Below are positions 39,261 to 47,588 of a stretch of DNA of 64,000 nt, in pieces. Made by a program: the position numbers and the translations under genes. The stretch covers positions 53,776-117,775 of the forward strand of contig JAHJDP010000004.1 in the NCBI GenBank assembly GCA_018831195.1. Direction: 5' to 3'. Position 1 is the first letter of the stretch. Every line of letters starts with the position of its first letter. Under the pieces are notes generated by a model. That model worked only from the letters and a program-made list of their open reading frames with translations, was not told the origin of the DNA and made no database searches. This DNA comes from Candidatus Eiseniibacteriota bacterium. Lineage in GTDB: Bacteria > Eisenbacteria > RBG-16-71-46 > CAIMUX01 > JAHJDP01.

Positions 39261-42200
39261 TTATTGAATCATCATCATCTTCCGGGTCATTTCATATCCG
39301 GGGGCCTTGAAGCGATAGAGATAGAGACCGGCGGGAACCCTTCTACCGGCATCGTTCACTCCGCGCCAGACAGCGGCATGGCGGCCGCCGGGCATGAATC
39401 CGTCGACAAGGGTGCGGACAAGACGCCCCTCAACCGTGAAGACTTCCAGAGTGACCCGAGCGCCCTCCGCGGGAATGTCATAGAAGATCGCCGTTTCCGG
39501 ACTAAACGGATTCGGCCGGTTGAGATAGAGACCGAATGTCTGCGGCATCAGATCGTCCGGCACCGAGGATACATCGTCTTGGATATAAACCTCATAATCC
39601 TCCACCTCTCCATCGCTGGCGAGACCGGTGTAGGAGAGCGCCAGGAGCTGCGTCGCGAAGCGGAAGCGGGCGTAGGAAAGATGCCCCTGAAGTCCGTTAG
39701 CGGGAACGGGGAAGGTCAAGGTGTTGACGCCCGGGTTCACTGGTTGTCCCGCGAAGATCCGGTCGTCCACATCATCCCAATCACCGTCGCCGTTAAAGTC
39801 GATCCAAGCATCGATGAACCCGTTGGTGGAGGCGATGACATCGACTGTCGCCGGCGCGCCGGGATTCAGTGGCGTCAGGAAGAAAACGCCGTCTTCATCC
39901 GGGAGTCCATTGAAGTCGTCGCCATTGGCATTGGGTGTCGGCTGGCCATCCGGTTCCGCATCGATTTGCCATCCCAAAAAGACCGCCGGATTGATCAGGT
40001 GACGGGCCCCGTCACTGGCACGGAGCGTCGGGAAGGTCGGATCGGGAGCGTCGCCGTAATCCAGATCGAGTTGAACTGGATCATGATTGATGCGGAACGC
40101 CAGATCGATCGATTCACCCATCCACGGATGCTGCGGCGGATAGATCAGATCCCGCCATGGACCGGGATAAGGTTCATACCCCGTACCCCAGACAGCATCG
40201 TCATTCCAGTGTTCAACCGATGTCTTCCAACCGAAGCGCGCGTTGATATCCAGCGGGAGCGCTTGAACATCAAGCCAGTAGACGATCGGCTGTTCCGGCG
40301 TTCCGAGCTGCAGGAAGGCCATCGACGGATCGATATGGAATTCGTAATACCAGCAGGTCCAGTCGGCGGGGAAGAGATAATCATCCGGCGGGACCATGTA
40401 TCCTTCCTCGATACCCGAGGCGTAAGGTTCCACGCTGAACATTCCCGGATCGAAATCGTGAGCCCAGAGCGGCTCGCCCGGAATGCTGTAGCCATCCGGA
40501 TTCTGCTCAGCGGGTATATCGGCGTGGATACTCAGGATGAAGCGGACCGCCGATGGGTCTTCATGGAAGGGAATGAAATCGTCCAACCAGGATCCCCAGA
40601 TGCCGATCGTGGTGATGTACCCGGTATCATTGCAGAGGAAGTCATCGGCCAGAATGAAGGGCTCTGTCGCGTGAATATCGATGCCGGTGATATCCAGGTC
40701 GGGCCGTTGCTCCCACTTGTACGTTTGAGGCTGATCTTCGATAACGACCCGGTAATCCTCCACCTCGCCGTCGGGCGCCCATCCGGTGAATGGCAGACCG
40801 CCCGCGGTGCTGTACCGGAAGCGGGCAAAAGTCATCGTACCCGGAGCTGCAACGGCGGGGACGCCGAAATTGATCGTGTTGGGGCCGGGCAAAAGATTAT
40901 AACTCGCCGCGAAAAGGGCGTTTCCGGCCCAAGAACCATCAACTTCCCAATCAATCCACGCATCCAAGAAACCGGGCGCCGATGCCGTGACGATGATCGT
41001 CGCGATTTGGCCCGGGATGAGAGGCGTTGAGAAGAAGACACCATCTTCATCGGGGAGGCCTGCATTGTCATCCCCGAGGGCGGCAGGATCCGGCTGTCCG
41101 TCCGGCTCCGCGTCGATCAACGCGCCGAGGAAGATATTCGGGACAATAAGATGGCTGGCGCCGGCACTGGCCAGAAGGGTCGGATAGGTCGGATCGGGCG
41201 CGTCGCCGAGGTCCAGTTCCTCCGGTGGTTGTTCAATAAAGACCTGGTAATCTTCCACCTCGCCGTCGGGTGCGCCACCGGTATAACTTAAGCCGCCGAT
41301 CGTACTGAATCGGAAGCGGGCGTAGGTGAGCAGATTCGGTGCGGCGGAGGCCGGCACATTGATGTTGATCGTATTCAGCCCCCCCAGCAGGCTGAAGCTC
41401 CCAGCAAAGAGGGCATTCCCGGCCCAGCTGCCGTCCCCCTCCCAGTCGACCCAGGCATCGAGGAAACCGGCCACCGATGCCGTGACGTTGATAATGGCCG
41501 GTTGCCCGGGGATCAAGGGAGTGGCGAAGAAAACACCATCTTCATCGGGAAGATTGCTATTGTCATCCCCCAGCGCAGCCGGATCAGGCTGGCCATCCGG
41601 TTCCGCATCGATCAGCGCGCCTAGGAAAATATTGGGACTGATCAGATGATTTGCCCCTCCACTGGCGGATAGCGTTGGATAGGCTGGATCGGGGGCGTCG
41701 CCGAAGTCGAGTTCATCATCGGGCGGCTGGCTCTGTATCACAAAAGAGAGATCAATCGACTGCCCCTGCTGTTCATGCCCGGGCGGATAAATCAACTCCT
41801 GCCAGGGGCCGGGATAGGGTTCCTCTCCCGTGCCCCAAACGGCATCATCGTTCCAATGCATCATCGAAGTTTTCCACCCGAAAAAGGCCGTCGGGTCTTC
41901 CGGGAAGGCTTGAACATCCAGCCAGTAGACGACCGGTTCGGACTCGGTTCCCTCTTGGAAGAAGGCCAGGTCGATCGGGATATTGAAATTGTACTGCCAA
42001 CAAGTCCAATCCCCCGGCCAGACGTACATATCCGGAGGGTCCATCCAGCCTTCCTCAATTCCGTCCATCCACACTCGGGAGGAGTATTGGCCCGGCATGA
42101 AGGCCTCATACCATTCTGTCACGCCGGGCATGCTGAAACCCGTGGGACTTTGTTCGGCTGGAATATCTTTGTGGATGCTCAATACAAATCGAACGGCATT

Positions 42201-42473
42201 TGGATCATGCTCGAATGGGAGATGATCCCCGCGCCAGGATCCCCAAATATGAATCCCCGTAATGTAACCTCGCTCTGTGCAGAGGAAATCATCGGCGAGA
42301 ATAAAAGGGACCGATGCATTCACATCGATCCCCATCATGCTTAGATCCGGCTCTTGTACCCACTTGGCGAGGTCGCCCTGATTCCAATCGGCGCCTGCAG
42401 GCAGGACAAGTATTGTACAAAGGAACAGACTTGCAAAAGCGACCATAGATCGATTCCTGTATTTGGAAAACAT
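39261..42473 (-). CDS. Secreted 1,070-aa protein: (novel ~230-aa domain – GEVED – GEVED) – (same domain – GEVED) – T9SS type-A sorting domain
   Basis: Signal peptide MFSKYRNRSMVAFASLFLCTILVLPAGA. Strong RBS GGAGGGAGGG. Three copies of an about 160-aa module ending in APDGEVEDY(Q/R/E)V (the GEVED motif). Two copies of a W/C/Y-rich about 230-aa module. C-terminus ARVTLEVFTVEGRLVRTLVD......WRGVNDAGRRVPAGLYLYRF. Confidence 0.8.
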   Translation of the reverse strand: MFSKYRNRSMVAFASLFLCTILVLPAGADWNQGDLAKWVQEPDLSMMGIDVNASVPFILADDFLCTERGYITGIHIWGSWRGDHLPFEHDPNAVRFVLSIHKDIPAEQSPTGFSMPGVTEWYEAFMPGQYSSRVWMDGIEEGWMDPPDMYVWPGDWTCWQYNFNIPIDLAFFQEGTESEPVVYWLDVQAFPEDPTAFFGWKTSMMHWNDDAVWGTGEEPYPGPWQELIYPPGHEQQGQSIDLSFVIQSQPPDDELDFGDAPDPAYPTLSASGGANHLISPNIFLGALIDAEPDGQPDPAALGDDNSNLPDEDGVFFATPLIPGQPAIINVTASVAGFLDAWVDWEGDGSWAGNALFAGSFSLLGGLNTININVPASAAPNLLTYARFRFSTIGGLSYTGGAPDGEVEDYQVFIEQPPEELDLGDAPDPTYPTLLASAGASHLIVPNIFLGALIDAEPDGQPDPAALGDDNAGLPDEDGVFFSTPLIPGQIATIIVTASAPGFLDAWIDWEVDGSWAGNALFAASYNLLPGPNTINFGVPAVAAPGTMTFARFRYSTAGGLPFTGWAPDGEVEDYRVVIEDQPQTYKWEQRPDLDITGIDIHATEPFILADDFLCNDTGYITTIGIWGSWLDDFIPFHEDPSAVRFILSIHADIPAEQNPDGYSIPGEPLWAHDFDPGMFSVEPYASGIEEGYMVPPDDYLFPADWTCWYYEFHIDPSMAFLQLGTPEQPIVYWLDVQALPLDINARFGWKTSVEHWNDDAVWGTGYEPYPGPWRDLIYPPQHPWMGESIDLAFRINHDPVQLDLDYGDAPDPTFPTLRASDGARHLINPAVFLGWQIDAEPDGQPTPNANGDDFNGLPDEDGVFFLTPLNPGAPATVDVIASTNGFIDAWIDFNGDGDWDDVDDRIFAGQPVNPGVNTLTFPVPANGLQGHLSYARFRFATQLLALSYTGLASDGEVEDYEVYIQDDVSSVPDDLMPQTFGLYLNRPNPFSPETAIFYDIPAEGARVTLEVFTVEGRLVRTLVDGFMPGGRHAAVWRGVNDAGRRVPAGLYLYRFKAPGYEMTRKMMMIQ
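40987..41649. repeat. Near-identical intragenic nucleotide repeats (GEVED-module duplication) within the giant gene
   Basis: The antisense-frame peptides KKTPSSSGRPALSSPRAAGSGCPSGSASINAPRKIFGTIR (40987..41187) and KKTPSSSGRLLLSSPSAAGSGWPSGSASISAPRKILGLIR (41326..41649) are near-identical, as is a third copy at 39721..40002. This implies three DNA repeats that are each highly similar. Confidence 0.6.
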
Positions 42474-42525
42474 GCTAATCCCTCCCTCCTCAGTTTAGGA
42501 TAGCTCTCCTCGGCTCTTCGAGTTC

Positions 42526-42565
42526 TTGGAGATTCCCAAGCCCTCATTTCTTGGGATTCCCCAAG
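42526..42565. promoter_or_regulatory. Tandem palindromic motifs TTCTTGGAGATTCCCAAG / TTCTTGGGATTCCCCAAG in the divergent region between the giant GEVED gene and the marR–GNAT gene
   Basis: Two about 18-nt direct copies, each internally palindromic (CTTGG...CCAAG). MarR regulators bind palindromes near their own promoters. Confidence 0.35.
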
Positions 42566-42752
42566 ACGGTGCTGATTTCAAAAGCGTGTTGGCCAATCCG
42601 ACGACAGTCACAGATTCCAAACATCCAAGCGATACTAAGTGTAGTGTGATTTTTGCGATAATGCAATGGCTTATGATGGCGCTTCTGCAGATCAAGAAAG
42701 GACTAACGCCATATTTAGTGTACAGGGTAGACTCAGGATGGGAGGCGCGGAC

Positions 42753-43724
42753 ATGGATACCATTACAGAACTGGGGGAATTGGCTTTGGCCAGTCGGCTG
42801 AAGCGATTAAGCGATCGTCTCATGCGGGACGTATCCCAAGTTTACGATGACCTCAATATTGATTTTACCGCCAGCGGATTTCCTTTGCTTTATGCACTGG
42901 CGCAGAGACCGGCGATGGCGGTGACAGATCTGGCACGGGCGCTTCGGCTGACGCATCCCGCGATCAGCCAAATCGCCCGCGATTTATTGAAGCGTGATCT
43001 GATTGTGGAGAAGGGCGATCCGAAGGATGAGCGCAAAAGACTGCTCGGCCTTTCTAAAAAGGGGCGCGAGACGATTAAATGTCTCAGACCTGTCTGGGAT
43101 GAGATCCGGGTTGCGGGGAGGGAACTCTTGGAGGAGACCGGTATCGATCTGCTGGGCGGATTGGACCGCCTCGAATCGGCGCTCGACGATTCTTCAATGC
43201 TGGATCGGTTGCGCCGCCGGTTGAATCTGCCGCTATCGCAGAAATTGGAGATTGTGGAATATCGCCCCGCCTATAAAAAACACTTTGCCTCGTTGAACCG
43301 TCAGTGGCTGGAGGCGCAATTCACGATCGAGAAGAGCGACGCGGAACTATTGGACGATCCCAACCGGAATATTATCAAGCGAGGCGGGGAGATCCTTTTT
43401 GCCCGCCTTGAGGGTCACATCGTCGGGACTTGCGCCCTGCTTGAGCATCCTCATGGCGTTTTGGAGTTGGCAAAGATGGCGGTTGCCGAAGAGTTCCGCG
43501 GACGCGGGATCGGCAAGACTCTGGCCGATGAAGTGATTAAGAGAGCTCGGGACCGGGGTGCCCAGGAGTTGTTTCTTCAAACGAGTCCAAAATTAACAGT
43601 TGCGGGCCGATTCTACCGCCGGCTTGGTTTCAGAGAAGTGAAGCGGCACCCTCTGACCCTCAGCAAACACTGTCGTAATTCGCTGGCGATGAGATTGAAT
43701 CTTGAGAACGCGGTTACTTCATAA
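42753..43724 (+). CDS. Bifunctional MarR-family HTH regulator fused to a GNAT N-acetyltransferase
   Basis: N-terminus: MarR wHTH (LYALAQRPAMAVTDLARALRLTHPAISQIARDLLKRDLIVEKGDPKDERKRLLGLSKKG). C-terminus: GNAT motif A (VAEEFRGRGIGKTLADEVIKRARDRG) and RLGF. RBS GGGAGG. Confidence 0.75.
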   Translation: MDTITELGELALASRLKRLSDRLMRDVSQVYDDLNIDFTASGFPLLYALAQRPAMAVTDLARALRLTHPAISQIARDLLKRDLIVEKGDPKDERKRLLGLSKKGRETIKCLRPVWDEIRVAGRELLEETGIDLLGGLDRLESALDDSSMLDRLRRRLNLPLSQKLEIVEYRPAYKKHFASLNRQWLEAQFTIEKSDAELLDDPNRNIIKRGGEILFARLEGHIVGTCALLEHPHGVLELAKMAVAEEFRGRGIGKTLADEVIKRARDRGAQELFLQTSPKLTVAGRFYRRLGFREVKRHPLTLSKHCRNSLAMRLNLENAVTS

Positions 43725-45522
43725 CATGGTAAATCTCTAATGTGGGTCCCAGACGATTGACCGGTTCGAATCGCCGGATCATTTCGAGCCTGGGACTTTC
43801 AATGATATCTCTGTAAAAATCGCCGATCTCCGGGTACCTTTGATAGTTGGCGCCTATGGTGAAGTCTCTTAGTTTGTTCGGATTGATAACGATGTATTCT
43901 ACTCCCTGCTCAATATACCAATTAAGGCTTTCATAGCTGCCCGCCGCCGACATGGTTGAAAAGAGATTATATGATTTCTCGCCTTTAAGCGCCTCGACGG
44001 CCGCTTTGTGGAAGCGGTCCTTTTCCCGTGCGTAATTCTCATTGGTGTTCCAGCGCTGATCGACAGTGCGATAGTTATCGATCGAGTCTGTGATATTGGA
44101 TGTAAGATTGTCGAGAGGGATTGTTGTTGTTGACGAAGAATAGCCCCTGCCTTCAAGCAGGATCGCGGCCCCCGCCGGGATATTTGCATGGACCCATTTC
44201 CTGGCGATAGTGCGTGTGTCCTCATGTGTTTGGAGATTGGCGCATTGCACCGATTTATACAATGGAGATGCGATCGTCAGGGCGACTGCGGCAACGAGAA
44301 ATATCTCTGATGCTGATCTTTCTTTGATAAACTTTCTAAAATATTCGATACCCAAAGCGGCGAAGATGACCAAGCCGATTTGGACCGGCAGGGTGTATCG
44401 CGCGTAGATATTATTCACCTGTAGAGGGATACAGATCATGATGTAGGAGAAGAGTGCAAAGAGGAAAAGTATGAATTCACCCTGTTTTCTTCGGAATAAT
44501 GAAACAGCTAGGCCGACGAGGGAGAACCCCAGGATCGGGTATCCCAGTGAATGCCCCATCGTCTTGATATAATAGAGCCAGATGTTGGTCGTCCTGATGG
44601 GGAATGGGTCGACATCCAGCGCCGAGAGAGCTTCCGGAGGAGCCGTCTTCAAATAGGCCAGCGCCAATCTTATGATGCCGGGGAAGAATCCAGGGTTTCC
44701 AATCGCCGTAACAACAACAAAAACAACGGCGGCGGACAGAATTCTTCGATCGCTGAGGAATCGTTGGGCGGGTTTCTTTTCAGTGTAAAGGCGAAGGGCA
44801 TGGGTGAGGCCGAAGGAGAGCAGAAGGAGTATCGCCGGGAGTTTCGTCATGACGGCGAACGCCGCAAAAAGCGCGGCAAGAATGTAGTGCCGCTGGCTGC
44901 CACTCTTCAGGATGTCGATCATATGACTCAGGGAGATCGTGATCATGGTTGTCATCAAAATATCAACAGTGATGAAACGGGAAGACCATGTATGGTCATA
45001 TGCAAAAGCGAGAAATAAGGCCGATAGAAGTCCGATCGTGCGGGTGCCGATCTTCTCTCCAAGGCGATAAATACAATAGACATTCAATGTGCCGATTATG
45101 ACGACGGTAATCCTGCCGATCAGCCAGAATCCGGTGGGATCCTTGAAATACAGCACCAGGAAGTCAAAACCGTTTTTAATGATCCCCAATAGATAAAGAA
45201 CAATATAATAAACAAAATATTCGGCGAACAGGATGAGATACAATCCGCCTTTGAAGACTCTTTGGAAATCAAACTGAAGAGCGCCAAGCTTCAACGCCCG
45301 TTTCACCTCAAAGACCTCATCGGTGTGATAGATATACGGAAGTCCGTAATGACATCCCCAAAGACGGATAAGGAAAGCGCCCAGAATGACGGCGCCGAGA
45401 ACGAGAAAGATCCGGTTCTGGAAGGGGGAAGTCGATTGCTGAGATTGTCTGGGGCTCATCTGCTTCAAACGGTTTCCATTTTTGTTAATCTCCGGCATCC
45501 TATTCGGCCGATGTGTCGTCAT
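43714..45522 (-). CDS. GT-C fold polytopic glycosyltransferase (GT39/GT83, ArnT/PMT-like)
   Basis: More than 10 predicted TM helices. First-loop YHTDEVFEVKRA carries the GT-C DE motif. Periplasmic C-terminal domain. Start ambiguous (45642, 45522 or 45498). Lower GC than its surroundings. Confidence 0.65.
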   Translation of the reverse strand: MTTHRPNRMPEINKNGNRLKQMSPRQSQQSTSPFQNRIFLVLGAVILGAFLIRLWGCHYGLPYIYHTDEVFEVKRALKLGALQFDFQRVFKGGLYLILFAEYFVYYIVLYLLGIIKNGFDFLVLYFKDPTGFWLIGRITVVIIGTLNVYCIYRLGEKIGTRTIGLLSALFLAFAYDHTWSSRFITVDILMTTMITISLSHMIDILKSGSQRHYILAALFAAFAVMTKLPAILLLLSFGLTHALRLYTEKKPAQRFLSDRRILSAAVVFVVVTAIGNPGFFPGIIRLALAYLKTAPPEALSALDVDPFPIRTTNIWLYYIKTMGHSLGYPILGFSLVGLAVSLFRRKQGEFILFLFALFSYIMICIPLQVNNIYARYTLPVQIGLVIFAALGIEYFRKFIKERSASEIFLVAAVALTIASPLYKSVQCANLQTHEDTRTIARKWVHANIPAGAAILLEGRGYSSSTTTIPLDNLTSNITDSIDNYRTVDQRWNTNENYAREKDRFHKAAVEALKGEKSYNLFSTMSAAGSYESLNWYIEQGVEYIVINPNKLRDFTIGANYQRYPEIGDFYRDIIESPRLEMIRRFEPVNRLGPTLEIYHVMK

Positions 45523-46501
45523 TTTCAAACGGCTCCGCCTGTGGAGGGCCTTCCATGACTTCAGGTTTCTCCCGATCGGCCGTAAAGAAAATAATAATTT
45601 CGCCAAGGAGCCCTGTCGAGACGATCTGAACGCCGAGGACAATCAGAACAACGCCTAAAAGAAGCATAGGGCGGTCCGCAAGAGCGACCTTTCCCACGAG
45701 TCGTGACCAAAGAAGAAACAGACATATCACGACACCGATGAATGAGAAGCTCAGACCCACCAAGCCGAAAAAGCGCAGAGGTTTTCTGGTGAAGCGGGTG
45801 ACAAAAAGGATGTGGAGGACATCCAGCAACCGGCGGGCATAGACGCCCGGTCCGAAGATGCGGGGGCTGTGGTCTTCTTCACGTTGGCCACCTGGAATTT
45901 CCACCATTCTAAATCCCTTATGAGCGGCCAGGATCGGGATGAAGCGATGAAGATCACCGTAAAGGTCCAATTTTCGGGCGGCATCCCGCTTAAATCCGCG
46001 CAACCCGCATGTGAGATCGCGGAACTTCCGGGGGTAGGCTCGTCCGGCAAGCATATGAAAGAGTCTTGATTGAAGGCGATTGATCAATGCGTCTTTGCGT
46101 GGCTCCCGCCGTGTCAGTACAACTTCAACACCGGAATCCAGAGCCTTGAGAATTTCCGGCAGGATACCCGGATCAATTTGGAAATGATCTGGTATCGTGA
46201 TAATCAGATGGCCCCGAGCGACCTCAAAAGCATGATTCAATGAGGCTGCTTCTGAAAAACCTCTCGACAATTGCATAATCCGGACCGGAAATTTCGTTTC
46301 GACGATCTTAGAAAGCTCCTGATATGTTTCTTCCCGGTTCGCATTAATGATATAGAGAAACTCCGCCTTTCTTCCCGAATGATCCAGGATCTCACGGAAT
46401 TCCCTGTGAATCTCTGCAAGGTTTCGCGCATAATGGCCCGGTGTGCAAACGATCGATACCTCGATCCCATCATCACCCGTTATGTCGGGATGCGGATTCA
46501 T
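45500..46501 (-). CDS. Polyprenyl-phosphate glycosyltransferase (GT2, ArnC/GtrB-like) with two C-terminal TM helices
   Basis: GT-A core (ITIPDHFQIDPG, DLTCGLRGF), then C-terminal hydrophobic pair FFGLVGLSFSFIGVVICLFLL / LLLGVVLIVLGVQIVSTGLLGEII. Confidence 0.75.
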   Translation of the reverse strand: MNPHPDITGDDGIEVSIVCTPGHYARNLAEIHREFREILDHSGRKAEFLYIINANREETYQELSKIVETKFPVRIMQLSRGFSEAASLNHAFEVARGHLIITIPDHFQIDPGILPEILKALDSGVEVVLTRREPRKDALINRLQSRLFHMLAGRAYPRKFRDLTCGLRGFKRDAARKLDLYGDLHRFIPILAAHKGFRMVEIPGGQREEDHSPRIFGPGVYARRLLDVLHILFVTRFTRKPLRFFGLVGLSFSFIGVVICLFLLWSRLVGKVALADRPMLLLGVVLIVLGVQIVSTGLLGEIIIFFTADREKPEVMEGPPQAEPFENDDTSAE

Positions 46502-47487
46502 AATTTTCCATTCCGGGCTTGATGGGGGCCCAGTTCCTTGACCACGGCCAGGACGCTTGTGAGATCCCGTAAATAGTTTTTATCGGCCTTCGCCAGCAAC
46601 ATTTCACTCAATATTGAGGATGTCATCAGCGAGCCGAACATGTACATGCTGAGAACGGACAGCGAGGGGTAAATGATCGAGACTGGTTTTGAGGAGAACC
46701 AGATACCGCCCGCCCATACACCGGCGAGGACGAGCGCCAAAACGAGAAAAGGCAGCGCCAATAACCCGAACCACTGTCCCGGCCGGTTTGAGAATTGGGT
46801 GAGCATTTTGATGATAATCATGTCACCGAGCACGCGGAAGACCCGGGAGAGGCCATAAGCGCTTTGTCCATGGATTCTTGGATGATGGCGAACGACGACT
46901 TCAGTAATCCGTGCGCCGGTCATCGAGACCAGGGCCGGGAGGAAACGATGCATTTCAGAATACAAGCGTACGGTTTGAATGACTGCCGCCCGGTAAGCTT
47001 TGAGGGAACAGCCATTATCATGAATGTGAACCCCTGTAATCCAAGCAATGAGGGCATTGGCCGCAAGCGACGGGAGTCTGCGTGAGAGAAAGAGATCCTT
47101 CCTTTGCTTGCGCCACCCACAGACAAGATCAAATCCATCATCAATACGGGAGACCATCATTGGGATGTCACAGGGATCGTTTTGTAGATCACCATCCATA
47201 CTCACAATGATTCTGCCGCGGGCTTTGGCGAATCCGGTGGCCATCGCCATTGTTTGTCCTTGGTTCCTCTTCAACCCCAGAAGACGGAGGCGTGGATCGG
47301 CCGCCGCCTCTTCGGCCGCGGCGTCGACCGTGTGATCGCGGCTGCCGTCGTCAACAAGCAACAGCTCCCAGGTGCGGGGCCACTCCTTTAACGCCTCTCG
47401 AACGGCGTTACAGAGCGGACGGACATTCTCCTCCTCATTGTATAATGGGACGACAATCGAAATCTCTGGCAGCGTCATGATTGGCAT
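46498..47487 (-). CDS. Second polyprenyl-phosphate glycosyltransferase (GT2, ArnC/DPM1-like) with C-terminal TM helices
   Basis: ISIVVPLYNEEENV...LLLVDDGSRDHT...VSMDGDLQNDP...CSLKAYR. Start overlaps the upstream stop (ATGA). Confidence 0.8.
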   Translation of the reverse strand: MPIMTLPEISIVVPLYNEEENVRPLCNAVREALKEWPRTWELLLVDDGSRDHTVDAAAEEAAADPRLRLLGLKRNQGQTMAMATGFAKARGRIIVSMDGDLQNDPCDIPMMVSRIDDGFDLVCGWRKQRKDLFLSRRLPSLAANALIAWITGVHIHDNGCSLKAYRAAVIQTVRLYSEMHRFLPALVSMTGARITEVVVRHHPRIHGQSAYGLSRVFRVLGDMIIIKMLTQFSNRPGQWFGLLALPFLVLALVLAGVWAGGIWFSSKPVSIIYPSLSVLSMYMFGSLMTSSILSEMLLAKADKNYLRDLTSVLAVVKELGPHQARNGKL

Positions 47488-47588
47488 TTAATCACCCACA
47501 AATAACTTCGACCAGGAAGGTGAACAGGTGCGGCCCACCGCTCGCCATCGGGCAACAATACCTGGCCTGTGGTACTGGAAGCCGATGA

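Noticed and set aside
39264-41030. A 588-aa ORF on the plus strand antisense to the giant GEVED gene, and similar long antisense ORFs (31469..32599, 33354..34268, 4627..5139, 25694..26344)
   Set aside because: They lie entirely inside well-supported genes on the opposite strand. They are Arg/Gly/Pro-rich, as expected from stop-poor antisense frames in about 60% GC DNA, and have no RBS or recognisable domains.
42925-42945. TGGCAC hexamer resembling a sigma-54 -24 element
   Set aside because: It lies inside the MarR–GNAT coding sequence, and the downstream -12 GC is not at the required spacing (CTTCG in place of TTGC).
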